This document shows positions 45,401 through 61,199 of a stretch of DNA of 64,000 nucleotides, piece after piece; the first letter of the stretch is position 1, and each line of letters begins with the position of its first letter. Made by a program: the position numbers and the translations under genes. The notes under the pieces were generated by a model. That model was not told where the DNA came from, did not search any database, and saw only the letters and a program-made list of their open reading frames with translations. The stretch is from the NCBI RefSeq assembly GCF_009914755.1, contig NC_060934.1; one strand, given 5' to 3'. The stretch comes from the human T2T-CHM13v2.0 reference genome, Homo sapiens.

Positions 45401-46762
45401 AAAAAATCCTGGGACAGATTTTATCTGGCTCCCTGAGCACTTTTGAAGTCTTGGATAGAACTGGACATTTTTTAGACTTTCCTTTGTGTGTCGGAGAAGG
45501 TTTCAGCAAGGCAGGCCGCTAGATAAAAGAGAAACCCCAGCCTATTTGGAGATGAAAGTCTTCAAACCAGGGCATGCCAAATTCATTGGAGAATATAGCC
45601 TCAAAGGAAATGTTTGCTTTCTTTTGAAAATTCATTATTATAAAGCCCATTGTGTCATTAGGCCAGTTGTGTGATTATTGAGAAATAACTAGAGATAATA
45701 AACGAATGCCTCATCAAAGGCATGTTAATGCTGGGTGATCTTATTGAACTTGTGAGTTGTAGATGCCCTTAAATGCCTTCTCTATGAAAGGACACAGTCC
45801 ATACCCATCAGCATTTTTAATTAGGAAAACTCCCAGAAAATTATGGTATGGACAAAAGTTGAGGCTTTAAAAAAAAATTCTTGGAAACACGGAAAATATT
45901 TCACATCTGAACTTCAGAAGAAAGATCTATTTTCATATTCTGGTTTTGGCTCACCAGACTGGTCCTGCGCTTTGATAAATGGCAAAGTTACCTCGTTAAT
46001 GAGCACTGAACAGATCCGGCCACTGTCCCTGCTTGGGCTCTGTGCTGGGCAGGAAGCGGTTTTCTCCCCCGAGGCCAGATCTCATTTTCATGACTGAATC
46101 TTGTGAGATCTTGAAGCACTAAATCAATAACTCTTATTCAGTCAGCCCTGAAAGGAAGGCAGTTATCAAAAGGAACGCAGGCAAAGCAGGTGATAGCAGA
46201 TGAAACTCGGCGATTATTTTCAAAAGAACCAGCAGGCTCTGAAGTCTGCGGATGCTTCTCTGACACACCCCAAATCTTCCCCTCACATCCAGTTTGGTGC
46301 CAAGCTGTGCCTGTCGTCAGTATAGCGTGTACAATTTAGTTGCTTGAAGCAGAAAAAATGTGAAAGTGGCCAATCTTATGTCTTACTTACCTAGTCAAAA
46401 TGCATATGGAAATGCAAAGTGCTTATGTCTATATTAAAAAGAAAAAACGCATCCAGCACAGAAAGACATGAATATCACACTCCACTGAGCAAGTATAACC
46501 TCTGTGATGAGGCCCGTTGTACTTCAGGAATTGCCTCCCCGCCCGCCCCCACTCCATGTAAAACAAGAAAGTCAAACATAAGCACAGAATTTTCCAAATA
46601 TGGAAAGGATCTTTTGATGATCAAATATACAAAGGAAAGCATGTCCCTGAGTCATAATAAGAATAAAATAAAGGACTGAAAACAGAAAGACCATTTCCTC
46701 CAAGAAACCATCCTGGATTTGTAAGAATATTCCCTGCCTCTCACCTCATGCCTTCTTCTTCT

Positions 46763-47085
<323 letters not shown>

Positions 47086-47362
47086 TAATGCTGAATGTTA
47101 TAGCAAAGGCTAAGAAAATGTATTTCATGGCCCTTGGTTCAAAATTTCAGGAAGCTCAGATCCTAAGATAGCAGAGAGGAAGGAGACCTGAAACATTTTC
47201 AAAAGTCAAATAACTATCATACTCAGTCTATTCAAATGAGTAATCAAATTTCCCTATCAAAACAAGGCTAAGGGTTTTTTTCCTCCCTGTACGGAAATAG
47301 GTTTTCAAAGGTAACAGAAAAGTTTGCAGAGTTATGTTTAAGTGTTTGTGTCTGCAATCACA

Positions 47363-47676
47363 GTTTTTCTTTTTTGTTTTTGGAGACAGGGTCTCACTCT
47401 GTTGACCAGGGTGAGGAGTGTAGTGGCATGATCATAGTTCACTGCAACCTCTGCCTCCCTCCCAGACTCAAGCAATCCTCTGGCCTCAGCCTCACCAAGT
47501 AGCTAGGACTACAGGTATGTACCAACATGACCAGCTAATTTTTTAAAAATTTTCTTTGTAGAGACAGGGTTTTGCCATGTTGCCCGGGCTGATCTCGAAC
47601 TCCTGGGCTCAAGTGATCTGCCTGCCTCAGTCTCCCAAAGTGCTGGGATTATGGGCGTGAGCCACTGTGCCCAGCC
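47363..47676 (-). mobile_element. Alu (AluJ-like)
   Basis: Antisense dimer. Confidence 0.93.
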
Positions 47677-48043
47677 TGCAACCACATTTTCAATGTCTTT
47701 GTTTTTTAAAAGGCATTCCACGATGAATCGTTCATCACGGAATACAGAGAATTATTTTCTAATGTACAAAACTACCTTGAAAATATGTGAGAGTTGGGGT
47801 TTTTATGTTCAAAGAAGTATCTTTCATATTAAAGCTTTAAACAGGCGATTGTCTCTCTGATATGTGGTAATTAATTTCTGTTAATTTCTTACATTTAGTT
47901 CTGTTTAATGTTGGTTTCAGTTTTAATTGTGTTTAAGGCATATCTGCACTGTGGAGGTGAGACAGTGGGCTCAGGGCCTGGAAGACACTTAGAAAGCATA
48001 AGAACCATAACCTTCAGCTTCTCACGCTCCCTTCCTGTATGGC

Positions 48044-48421
48044 TGATATAGTTTGGCCCCGTGTCCCCACCCAAATCTCATCTAGAATTGTAATTCCCAT
48101 AATCCCCATGTGTGGAGGGCGGGGTCTGGTAGGAGGTGATTGGATCATGGGGGTGGTTTTCCCCATGCTGTTCTTATGACAGGAGTGACTCTTCACGAGA
48201 TCTGATGGTTTTATAAGCATATGGCATTTCCTCAGCTTGGACTTCTCTCTCCTGCTGCCATGTGAAGAAGGTCCTTGCTTTCCCTTCACCTTCCACCATG
48301 ATTGTAAGTTTCCTGAGGCCTCCCCAGCCTTTTGGAACTGTGAGTCAATCAAACCTCTTTCCTTTATAAATTACACAGTCTCAGGTACTTCTTTATAGCA
48401 GTGCGAGAATGGACTAATACG
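48044..48421 (+). mobile_element. THE1 (MaLR) solo LTR, THE1D-like
   Basis: TGATATAGTTTGGC...GGACTAATACG; 5-bp TSD ATGGC (48039-48043, 48422-48426). Confidence 0.92.
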
Positions 48422-48509
48422 ATGGCTTTCTTATTGAATTGAAGCTCAAAACTAATATTTCAGGAGCCACATTTTGATCTATAAACCTGTATTATTCTTA
48501 TTTCTAAAA

Positions 48510-48800
48510 AATTTTTTAGACAGACTTTCATTCTGTCACCCAGTGGGGCAATCATATTGGGGTATCATAGCTCATTGCAGCCTCAACCTCCTGGGCTCAA
48601 CTGTTCCTCCAGCCTTAGCCTCTAGAGTAGATAAGACTACAAGTGTGTGCCACCATGCCCAGCTAAGTTTAAAACGTTTTGCAGAGACGAGGTCTTGATA
48701 TGTTGCCCAGGCTGGTCTGGAACACCTTGACACAAGTGATCCTCTCAGTTCAGCCTCCTAAAGTGCCAGGATTACAGGTGTGAGCTGCCGTGCACTGGCC
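48510..48800 (-). mobile_element. Alu (diverged AluJ)
   Basis: ATCATAGCTCATTGCAGCCTCAACCTCCTGGGCTCAA...GATTACAGGTGTGAGC. Confidence 0.88.
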
Positions 48801-51594
48801 AAACTCTGTATTTTTGAAGAAAAGAGATACACGATTCAGTCATTAGAACAAATGTATCCAAATGTACAAGTGAATTAATTTTGCCTAGACTGATAACTAT
48901 AGTCCTATGTACTTTTATGGGATTTAGGAATCAGGATAATTAGTTCAATAACCAACAAAACTCAAGTCGCTGGAAACCAGAAGACACTCATGCATATTTC
49001 TCTATTATACAATTAAAATTTGCAACTTGGTGAAGGGTCCATTGGAAATACATCCTTTTAAAACCAGTGGCATGTCTGTCATTCCCAGAATGCAGTAGGA
49101 CCAGGTGACTGGGCCCTCTCTGCTTTGGGGAATCTGGATGTGATGCCAGCACCAGGGATCCAGGTCATCGGGGCACATACCCTTAGCTTCTGAGGAGTCT
49201 GAGCCCTGGAAGCTATAGGTCTGGGACCTAAACCAGATTCCTGACTCTCTGGAGAGTGCCCCCAAATCAATTAGAGTTGATATGTGGATGCCATTTTTCT
49301 TTGTCCCCTGCAGATTCATGACTTCAATTGAGAGATGAGTTTCAAGCCACCTTTCAAGGAATCCTGGGTAGAATGAAATCTGTTCCATGGAATCTTAAGA
49401 AGAAGAAGAAAAAAAATCAAGATCCCTGTGGTAGGTATCAGTCATTGGTTTCTAGTTACTCAACCCTTTTACAAGTCTTAAGGACCCTATAAACTTTGAA
49501 AGTTGTAGTAAAATATTTATAGAGCAAGTCAAAGAAAAGTATAAAACAGTGGGTCTAGGTGAAATTTAGACGTGGCTAAAATTCCTTTTCACCTCTTTTG
49601 CTGTTTGATTCATAAGGGTATAGGTACCTGGCCTAGTGAAATAGCAACTCATTTCACCCTGTAGACCGGACATAGTACAATTTCCACAGTTGCAAAGCCA
49701 TTTCATTCCTTTTCCTCCTGGTGTTTACTTTAGAAGTTCAAGAGACGATTTTGATGAGAAATGACAGTCCGGTGCCTCATGAGAAACTCAGGCCGGTGCC
49801 ACAGGTGAAAACTCTGAGGTCATTACCCCTTCTGAATTTTCCTGGGAAAGGGCCTTGGAGCCACTCTCCACTGTGACTGAGAAACTCAAGAGGAGCCATT
49901 GGTGTTTCAGGCTTTTAGGGGAGATATAAATGGAGGCCTGACTAGTAAAACCTGCCACCCAAAGCCCCAAGGCACTCTTTACTCAGGCAGTCATAGAGCT
50001 GGGATGGAACGCCATCTGGAGGAACCCCACTTTGCCTGTGTGCCTCCACGTCCCCAGCCCATCCTTGGGGTTCTTCCCTTCCTCACCAGGATGCAGGGCT
50101 GTAATAGCAGGGTGCTGTTCAGCAGCTGCTGCAATATCACTACACGGTAAGGGCTGGCCTTAAGCAACATGCTCTGGGGTTCATAAACATACATGGGGCA
50201 GGAAAACGTGATCGCATATAAATGTGTGCAATGTTATTCCGGGAAAAACATGTGAATGTTTTGGAAGTCATAAGGGATTTCCTAAATAACGATGGTGTAT
50301 GGAATCCAAGAGGTTTTTGCTCAAAGAAAGCCCAAGATCATAACTGAAAGTGTGTTAGGAAGCAAAAAAAGGTCAAAAACCACGGGCAAAATTAATGTCT
50401 TGTTGGGTCCTGCTACAATAACTCTGGGGGTGAAATGAAGTTCATGCTCCTTTATTCTGAAGCATGATTATAAAGCAATGGAGTAACGGCTTCAACAAAT
50501 ATATCTGAATGAATATATCTAAATAAATGCTGTGGCCTTCAAGATGGCCATGGCGAAAACTCTAATTATTATGACATATGTTTCTTAAGCCTTTTCTGAG
50601 ACCCTTCCCAACCCTTCTTCTCCTCCTGTGCACCGCTCTTCTGAGATGCTTGAGGTTTCATACATACTACTATTGTAAATATTTCCATTTAACATTGAAA
50701 TTAGTTGTTTTCGGGGTTTGTGCCCCATCAAGGATTGGTACAGAGTAAAAATGTATTGCGTTAAAAAATTTTTAAAGTGTGTTTAGTGAATGGCCTTCAC
50801 AGATAATTTATGACTCGCACAGGAAAACTTGCCTAATGTTTTAGGGCCACATTTTGTATACCAAAGCAGTGTCACCCAATTTGGTCACCTACATTCACCA
50901 GCTCCATTTTAAAATAATTTTTGGTTTATTTTAAGAATCAAATACACCTTCTTCTTGGTATAAAGATTTATAACCATTGAGACTATTCTAAAGGAATGTG
51001 CTCTTGGCTCTGGAGGCAATTCCAAAGGAGGAATTTCCAAAATATTTTGAGCTATGACTGCATCATTGTGTAGTGATGCCCAGTGGAAAAATATTTTTTA
51101 AAGCAGTAGAACTGTTCCTTAAAAGTTACTCATAGTTACGAGAGGCTGAGCAACCAATTCACGATTGTGACTTCCTTTGTTTTGGGAAAAGTTAGCAGAA
51201 TAAACACTTCAGTTTGTCCAAGAACAATAATTTGTGTAATGAGCGTCATCCTCAATGTTACTTTAAATGTAGGCTGAGAAGTAATGTGTTCTGTTTAACA
51301 TAAATAGAGTCCATTTTTAGTGGGACATTGTCCTTGCTGCATCTTTGAATATGGATTTAGATTTTAGTGACTGTCTCTGAAACTGTCTTGGGAAGGTGTG
51401 TGTGTGTGTGTGTGTGTGCATGCACATGTGTGTACATATCTGTTTGTATGTATAAATGCATGTATATTTTGTCTATTTGTCTGATTATATTTGTTTTAGG
51501 ACAGTGCAAACCCTGAGCTAACCCAGAAAGTATCTCGACCCTCTCTTTACTCCACACTGGATGAAAGACTGGGAAAGGAAATTGAATCAGGTTT

Positions 51595-51957
<363 letters not shown>

Positions 51958-52569
51958 CTATCTGGGCGACAGCACCAGGCGTGGTGTTATGAAGACCAGC
52001 AGATGGAAATGAATCACTGGTGATTGGGGCTGGTGTTTGGGGCCAAGGAGGCTGCATTGCAGCTGGTGGGTGGTTGAAGGGTCCCCCTTTTAGGAAGGAG
52101 AAGCTCCCAGTCATCTTGGGATGGGAATGAGCAAGGCTGCCACTTAGTTCTGGGACTGAGAGGCTCCAGCTGGATTCGGAGGTGGGAAAGAGACCTGGAG
52201 CCTGGTGGAGAGGAGGCTGACTTGGCTTAGCCAGGCAAAAGGTAGCCAGGAGCTAGGCCAAAGGCCCAAGGCTGGCGTTCAGAGCCGGGACCCTCTAGAG
52301 GAACCCCTTTTGATAAGCATGGGAATGTTTCTCGGAGTTGTAATTGTGTCAGCCCCATGCCTTCAGTACAGTTTTATTAAACAGTTGGGCTGCTCCTCTC
52401 TGTGCATTGTGGAAGTACAGGCAGAGCTTGTGTCTGCACTTGGAGTGTCTTGCATGGGGATGGCCGAGCAGCCTGAGGAAGCCAGTGTTGAGCCTGTTCA
52501 AGGGAATTTCCTTGCAGGGCTTTGCAGCACCGGCCTTGGAGTCAGGGTGGCTGGAGGGATGAGTGACTA

Positions 52570-53014
<445 letters not shown>

Positions 53015-53360
53015 CAACTCCTCTCCCCACCTCGAAGCCCCACGATCTTTTTGGTAATTACAGGTGAGTGAGGTCTGGGGACTTACTAGTTCTAACTGGG
53101 ATAAGTGCAAAGCATTACTATGTCTATAAGATACCTTCCATTTTTTAAAAAGCAAACTTAAAAGTTGAAACAATTCCATATTTTACATGTCTTTAGAGGT
53201 TCTCATTATGTACGTAGGTGAAATAGTCACAATGTAACTGAAATGTTTAGTTTTCAGCCAGTGGTTTGATTTTCTCTGCTATAATCCCTCTTACTCTGAC
53301 CTTGATATTCCTCACTCCCCAACAGCTAATCCATTGGTGAGTTAAAGATTTCTCAAATCT

Positions 53361-53670
53361 GCCAGTATGGTGGCTTACACCTGTAATCCCAGCACTTTGG
53401 GAGGCCGAGGTGGGAGGATTGCTTGAGCCCAGGAGTGCGAGACTGACCCAGGCAACAGAGTGAGACCCTTTCTCTACAAAAAGTAGAAAAATTAGCCAGG
53501 CGTGGTAATGCACGCCTGTGGTTCCAGCTACTTGGGAAGCTGAGATGGGATCACTTGAGCCCAGGAGGTCAGGGCTGTAGTGAGCTATGATTACACCACA
53601 ACACTCCAGCCTGAGTGACATTGCAAGACCCTGTCTTCGATAAATAAATACATACATAAATAAATAAAAA
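53361..53670 (+). mobile_element. Alu (AluJ-like)
   Basis: Dimer with (TAAA)n tail. Confidence 0.93.
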
Positions 53671-55434
53671 TAATGCAAACACATTTTTAATTTACAAGAC
53701 ACTCTTTGAGAAAACTATATTCTGGGAAGGGATTATGAAGCTGGATCTGGAATCGTGCCTGGTTCCCGTCCTCTGGCTCATTCATGAAGTGTTGGATGAA
53801 GCACTTTGCTGAGCCTAAAGAGTCCTGCTGTGTGGGATGAGGTGGGTGGAGGGACTTGTTAATGCTCATGTCCCATCCAGGGCCCCCTTATGCTCTTCTG
53901 ATCCAATTCCCAGGAACATCAACTCCATAAAAACATTCCTCTCCCTCGAGCCGCCCATTAACCTTTCTGAGTTGGCTAATGATTAATGTCATTAGCTTCG
54001 GAATGCGATGGCAACTCCCCAAGAGGGTATGGCGCCCACAGTGTTGTGGGTTGTAAGAACTGTGCAAACCAAGCGAGCTGTCCTCAGTCTGGGTGTGGAG
54101 ATAATGGTTTTACCCCCTCCAACAGTGACTTTTATTGCAGTCATAATTACTCATCTGTTCAGTTAGCACCTGCCCTACCAGTGGGGAGAGAGAACCCAAA
54201 TAATAATGTCAAGTTTACCCAACCTAACCAATGCAGACATCACCAATGATGTGATGACCTTGTGTTTGGAAAGCGAAGGTCTCCTTGGGCAGGGGAGCAG
54301 CCCAACCACATTTTCTCAGGAACTGCTCTGATTTCCTTTATCCTTGGCCTGGCTCTAGCAGGTTAAACCTTTATGAGATTGTCATTCCCATAGGTCAAAA
54401 ATGACCAAATATAAGGAATTTCATAGGGTTCAACCCAATATAGTTTGTTCTTGATTTTTCTAGAGTAGTGATAAAAGACACGGGTAGAAAGTAATAAGCA
54501 AAGAGAATAACTTGTCAAGTAAGAAAACTCTAACAAAGTTAGGGGTAGTATATTTTAAAAGCTTACTTGCCCTGGAGAAGACTATGCGTATTATACACTC
54601 TTGCATTAATATTATATGCATGTGGATTTTGAAATATTTCAACTCCTTGGGTGAGACATTTAAGGTAATGAGTTCCTGAAGTTTCATGTCACTACAGTGC
54701 CTGAAAATCGTTTTCATGGAATTTTCATTAATTTCTAATAGATGAGAAGGTTGTATTTACAAAATGAGTGATTGTTGCCTTAGAGATCAGGCAGGACATT
54801 GCCAGTAATGAGGGCAGACTGCAGTCAGGAAGTCTTGTTTGAATTAATAGTAAGTGAACTTCAAGACAGCAGAAGTCACTGCTTGTCCCAGATGTCTAAT
54901 GATGAGTAAGTGAAACAGGAAAGCAAGGAGAACTAGCGCTGCTTGCCTACTGTGTGGCAGCTCTTCACATCCTCTTTCCTTTCATCTGCATACAACTCCA
55001 CAGGGACAGGGATTATTGTCACCATTTCACAGATGCTCCGAGCAGTATTAAATCAACTGTCAAAGTCCATATCACTAGACATTGGCAGAGCCAGCATTTA
55101 TGGCCAGCTCAGTTGTATTCAAAGCCTCATCATTTGCTTATGCCAAGAAAGACTGGATGACTTGGTACCAAAGGTGGTCCATGTTTATGGCTTTGGGCCT
55201 GGCATCTTCAGAAGTGTCTTAGTTTGGGATTGTGCATGCTGGTGCCATTTTCCTGATTCACAGGTCTCCTCAGCAAGCACTGGAGAAGGCATCCTCAAGT
55301 ATAAAGCATTGGGACTTTGGGTTGCATTAAAATTTGCCTCCAGTTACTCCCAGCAGAGCTTGGAACGCAGTAGTCAATAAAGCAAATATATATATATTTT
55401 TTGAATTTTATTATAAGAGATACATAGTGTATAT

Positions 55435-55747
55435 ATATATATTTTAATTTTACTATAAGAGATAAGGTCTTTGTCTGTCACCCACGCTGGAGTGCAGTGG
55501 TGCAATTATAGCTCACTGCAGCCCTGACTTCCTGGGCTCAGGTGATCCTCCTGCCTCAGCCTCCTGAGTAGCTGGGCCTGTAAATGCTAAAAACCAGCTG
55601 CCAGCACGTTCAGCTAATTTTTCTACTTTTTGTAGAGATGGAGTCTTGCTATGTTGCTCAGGCTAGTCTTGAACTGAGCTCAACCAATCCTCCTACCTCA
55701 GCTTTCCCAAATGCTGGAATTACAGGCATCAGCCACCATACCCAGCC
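55435..55747 (-). mobile_element. Alu (AluJ-like)
   Basis: Antisense dimer; the tail-side ~37 bp is tandemly duplicated (55386-55463). Confidence 0.9.
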
Positions 55748-56985
55748 TTGCATATTGTTTTGGTGGCATCTCAGATGACCTTGTTAGCTGGATTTTCTTG
55801 TCAGAAATCGAGGATAAAAAGGATTTCCAAATCACTTTTATACAGGATGAAATGGAGCTTTGGTCGAAACCTTAAGCCACCAAACTCTTTTTGGGTTGGG
55901 TGAGAGCTGTAGGTTGATGAGCCATTATATCAAATAACAATTATGACTGGCACTTGAAACGGTGGGGGTGGGAGAGAGGGAATAAATAGTTTGGATGCTG
56001 GCTTGGACTGCTGGGCTAATTCTGAGTGCTTCTGTTTTAATCAGCTCCCATGGCGAGAGTCATGGAAAAATACCACTTTCACATGTACACACAAGTACTG
56101 AGCTTAAGAGTAATGAGCACTAATGCAGTCATTTAATACATATTAATCTGTTTGCTTCCTCATTCTGCATCTGTCACTGCCTCTAAACCCCAGCAACCTG
56201 GAAGCTGCTAATTCTACTCTGTTGCTAGACACGCGACATAGAGAAATACCAAAAAGAAAGCATGGAAACCTAGCTTGTTTATGGCTAGTAGGTACGTGGA
56301 TCTGTTACTACTGTCAATGGTGTGTCCCGTCATTCTGCTTGAGCTTTGGTCAGCTGTGTAGACAGAATTTCCCAGGAAGGGAAAACAAACAGATAAGGAA
56401 GCATTCACTGTACATTTTTCGTCCTTTACTGCCTGTATGACTAGCTGTGACAGGCTGCAGGAGATTCGATTCCACTCAGCTACCAAGGACAAGGCTTGCC
56501 ATAATGGAAGCTCAGTAAATATTTGAATGCGATGCATTTTTTTGGTTCCTATTCCTGTGTTATCTAGAGGAATATAAGGCTTATGCCTTTTTCTAGAAGA
56601 TGATGGAGGTAAAAGAAATAATTAGACATAAGGCATTTAGAAAGAAGACATGCAAGATGAAAGGCAAGTGAATTGAAGAGAATCATGAGTCATGGTAATG
56701 TTACAGACCCCAAAATAATATTATGTGTCTGGTTGGCTGCATTTTTTGGTGGGGCTGGGGAGGGAAACATGTTTCCTGGAGCTGAGCTGCAGAAGAGAAT
56801 AGGGCCTGACACCTGGGCTGGGCAACCTAGGTTAGTCATTTAATGGCACTGAATACTTCTGTCTAACTCTTTTCAAGACGGCTAACAATCTCTAACTTAA
56901 AGGATTGTTGTAGGGATTAGGGATAAGGTCAGTAAGGGCGTGCATGACATCGACTGCCGAGAAGGAGTCAATAGATGGTAGCTCT

Positions 56986-57314
<329 letters not shown>

Positions 57315-57404
57315 TCATGGCCTTTATGCAGGAGGAAGGACTGGAAATGGGTGTCCTCAGTGAGTGATCAGAATTTCAATAAGTGGTGAGAAAGAGTAAA
57401 GGCA

Positions 57405-58900
57405 TCTTCCATGTCGATGTGTCAAACTATAGTTCATTCATTTTCATAGTTGCATAGTTTTTCATTGTATGAATATCCTCCCATTTATTTGCGTGTTCTC
57501 TGGAGGATGGATATTTGGTTGTTTGCATCTTCCAGCCATTATGAACAACATGATGTACTCATTTTTGAAGGCTACCATAAGAAATGACTGCAAATAGGAT
57601 GGATTGAAACAACAGAAGTGCATTCTTATACAGGGGCTAGTCTGAAGTCAAGGTTTCTGGAGGGGTATGCTCTCTTTGAAGGCTGCCGTGAAGAAGCAAT
57701 TCCATATCCTTCTCTTAGCCTCTGACATCGCTGGCAATCTTTGATGGTCCTTGGCTTCTAGACACATCCTCCGTTGTCTCTGCCTCCATAGTCATGGGGG
57801 TCTCCCTACTTGTATTTTATCTTTCCTCCTTTTCTTACAAGGACACCAGTCTTATGGGATCAAGAGCCCACCCTATTAACTCCTCTTAACTGAAATAATT
57901 ATATCTGCAGTGATCTGTATCCAAGTGAAGCCACATTCCAAGGCTCTGGTGAGGATATTAATTTTGGGGGGAACATTATTCAGCCCAGCACATATGGCTG
58001 TGAACATTCTTGAATCTGAGCAAAGTGCCTGTGGGCCACCCTCCCATGTCACCACTCCATGCCACTGGGTCATAGGGTGTGTGCATCTTTGTAGGATTAT
58101 ATCCAATGGCTCTTCCAGTAAATTGTGACAAATTATACTCCCACGAACAGTGTGTACGAGTTCCTGTTGCTCCATGGCTTAACTAGTAATTGGTACTGTC
58201 AAATTTTCTTTTTAAATTGCTAATCTGCTGTGTGTAAAGTGGTACATCTGTATGGCGTAATTTGCATTTCCCTGGTTACTACTAATTTGTTTTTTCTTCT
58301 TAAAATGTATGTTTATATCTTTTACCTATTTGCTTGTTGACTTGTTTGTCTTTTTTTTTTTTTTTTCAGCTTTTTGGAGAAATTCTTTGTCAGTTCCAAA
58401 ATTGCAAATTTATCTTCCAGTGTGTGGCTTATTTTTTCACTCTCTTTATGGGGCCTTTTTGATAAAAAGAAGTTCTTAATGTTAATGTAGTGAAGCTTAT
58501 CAGTATTTGTCTTTAAAGTTGGAAAACTTTTGTGTTTTAAGAAATTCACCATGTTGAAGCCATAAAGATCTTTCTCCTTAATTTCTTCTAAATAATTTTG
58601 AAGTTTTGTCTTCCCCATTTAGCCACCAGGAGGTGATTCTTTTTTTTTCATGGTGTGAAGTTGGGGTCCAATTTTCTCTTTGCCCATAGGGATAATCAAC
58701 TCTCCCAGCTTCATCTGTCCTTCTTACCACCCCGGATCTGCACTGTCACCCATGGTTTTAATGAATATCCATTTGTGTACCTCTGTTTGGGCTCTGGAGT
58801 CATGTGTCTTCTAGTTGGTCATTTCAGTTGTCTTCAAATTTTTGCTATTATGAATGATGATGTGACCCACATCTCTATGTGTCCATATTTGGCCCATCTA
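57405..58900 (-). mobile_element. Ancient L1 (L1ME-like) 3' region, interrupted by an MLT1 LTR at ~57560-57990
   Basis: T-rich strand with antisense L1 phrases (TTTGCATTTCCCTG, GAAGTTCTTAATGTTAATGTAG); the MLT1-like segment ends GGGGGAACATTATTCAGCCCAGCACA. Confidence 0.65.
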
Positions 58901-59848
58901 GTTTGCTATTTAATTGCCACAAAGTAATTTCTGGATGCAATTTTGCTACATTGAAGAGTAAACACATTTTGTTTTTGCTATTTTCCCTCCATGTCTCTAC
59001 ATCTTCCTCACCCCGCTGCCCTCCATGTGAAAGCTCTTGCCTCACCCAGGCCCTGACTCCTCACCAGGCCAGCCCTCCCCCTGCACACACAGCCCCTCAC
59101 CTCTTGATGGTCCTGACAGCCCATTCTGGGCCACCATGGCGCCTCACAAGCCCCTCCCCTACCCCCACGTACCTTGTTCTATACCACCTATGGCATGAAG
59201 ACAAAATTGTTCAGAAAGAGAAAGAAAAAGAAGAAAAATAGGAAGAGCATCAGCACATTTTAAAGCCTTTTAAAAATTATGCATTGAGCTATCACTTTCA
59301 CAAAGGCATTAGCAATGCACACTTTCACCCCAGTGCATGACAGGGCACAGTGACCTGCAGGAAGCTCCCCGAAGGCCAAGGGTCCGCATGGTTCACTGTT
59401 ATGTCTTTAGCACAGTCCCTGGCACATAGCAGATGCACAATAAAGATTTGTTGAATGAATGCCTGTACTTCTTATGTTTTCACCAGCTACTTTTTATCAT
59501 TAAAAAAAAATCCACTTTGTCAATTTATAATGGCACCATGTCAGATCCAGGTACCATTCCATTGTAGGGTAGAGCAGAGCACAGGGTCTGTGTAGTTCTG
59601 AGGCATTTCTTCTACCTCTTTTCAGTAGTGCCCTCCCCACTGTCCAGCACACAGATCCATGGATTGAATCTCTGAGGTGATATCCAACACATCAAGCCAA
59701 ACAGACTTTGTCTTCACAGGTTTCTCCTTCCAAAACGAAGTTTGAGACCAAATTGTGCCCAACATACAACTAGTTATGTGATCATATAACCAGAAACAGA
59801 TTGTCTGTATGCCACTGTGGGTAAAAACACGGGCTACAGAATGTAGCA

Positions 59849-60364
59849 CAATGGTCCCCAACCTTTTTGGAACCAGGGACCAGTTTTGTGGAAGACAGTT
59901 TTTCCACGGACTGGGGCAGGGGATGGTTTTGGGACGATTCATGCGCATTGCAGTTATTGTGCACTTTATTTCTATTATTATTACTTTGTAATATATAATG
60001 AAATAATTATACAACTCACCGTATTGTAGAATCAGTGGGAGTGTGGAGCTTGGTTTCCAGCAACTAGACAGTCCCATCTGGGGTGATGGGAGACAGTGAC
60101 AGATCATCAGGTGTTACATTCTCATAAGGAGCTCACAACCTAGACCCCTCGCATGGGCAGTTCACAGTAGGGTTTGTGCTCCTATGAGAATCCAGTGCCA
60201 CTGCTGATCTGACAGGAGGCAGAGCTCAAGTGGTAATGTGAGCAATGGGGAGTGGCTGCAAGTACAGAGGAAGCTTTACTGGCCCACCCATCACTCACCT
60301 CCTGCTGTGCGGGCTGGTTCCTAATGGGCCACAAACCACTGACCCGGGGGCTTGGGGACCCCTG
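59849..60364. mobile_element. MER1A hAT-Charlie element
   Basis: Termini CAATGGTCCCCAACC...TTGGGGACCCCTG, ~516 bp, imperfect 8-bp TSD ATGTAGCA/ATAGAGCA; CAACTAGACAGTCCCATCTGGGGTGATGGGAGACAGTGACAGATCATCAGG interior. Confidence 0.88.
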
Positions 60365-60372
60365 ATAGAGCA

Positions 60373-60570
60373 GACCTGAGTGAAATGCTGGCTATCCTAA
60401 TTGGAAGCTAAGAACCCTTGGGAAGTTCTCTAACCTCCTTCACCTTCAACCACAATCTTCTCATTTGTGTAATGTGGAAAATAACATCTAGTTCATGGTG
60501 TTCTTGAGAGGATTAAATGAGCAATAATGTATAAAGTGCTTAACACAACACCTGCCACATAATCACAGTG
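60373..60570 (+). mobile_element. MIR
   Basis: GAGGATTAAATGAGCAATAATGTATAAAGTGCTTAACACAACACCTGCCACATA. Confidence 0.7.
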
Positions 60571-61051
60571 GCTGCAGTGTGTTGGGCTGTAGTTATTAGC
60601 CTGACCGGGACATGGGCTTCAGAGAACTTAGAAGGTCTGTTTGCATCGCATTTCTTTATTAACTCAGTGGAAATAGAAATGCACTTCTGGGAATGGAGGA
60701 AGAAAAAAAGAACAATTTTAATTTGGTTAAACAAACTGACTCTTAAAGTTGTTGCTGTTTCTATAAGCTTTGATTCCTATAAATTTCTTTTGCCTTGCCT
60801 ATGAGCAGCATACCAGGGGACCAGTAATGGCTTCACAAAGACAAGGGGCAGGAGCTCCAGACTAATGAGCTTCCTCCTAAGCAGGCTGTGTGCCCATTAA
60901 AGCCCCAAATCCTCTGCTGTCCATCTTTCTCTACTCCATGGTTTGCCTTAAAGCACAGTTCGTCAAAAGCCACCATCCTGGACTTGCCAACACACAGCTA
61001 GATGATCATAAGGTATGGAGAGCATAAATTAGCTCAAAGACATCACCTATT

Positions 61052-61199
61052 TTTATTTTAATTTTATTTTTGTATTTTTAGTAGAAACGGGGTTTCACCA
61101 TGTTGGCCAGGCTAGTCTTGAACTCCGGACCTCTGGTGATCTTCCCGCCTCTGCCTCCCAAAGTGCCGGGATTACAGGCATGAGCCGCCGCACCCAGCC
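61052..61199 (-). mobile_element. Alu left monomer only (AluS-type)
   Basis: Left arm plus A-rich tract; imperfect TSD AGACATCACCTATT/AGACATTACTTATT. Confidence 0.9.

Noticed and set aside
46381-46395. Strong minus-strand donor TAG|GTAAGT
   Set aside because: Isolated motif with no supporting acceptor or reading frame.
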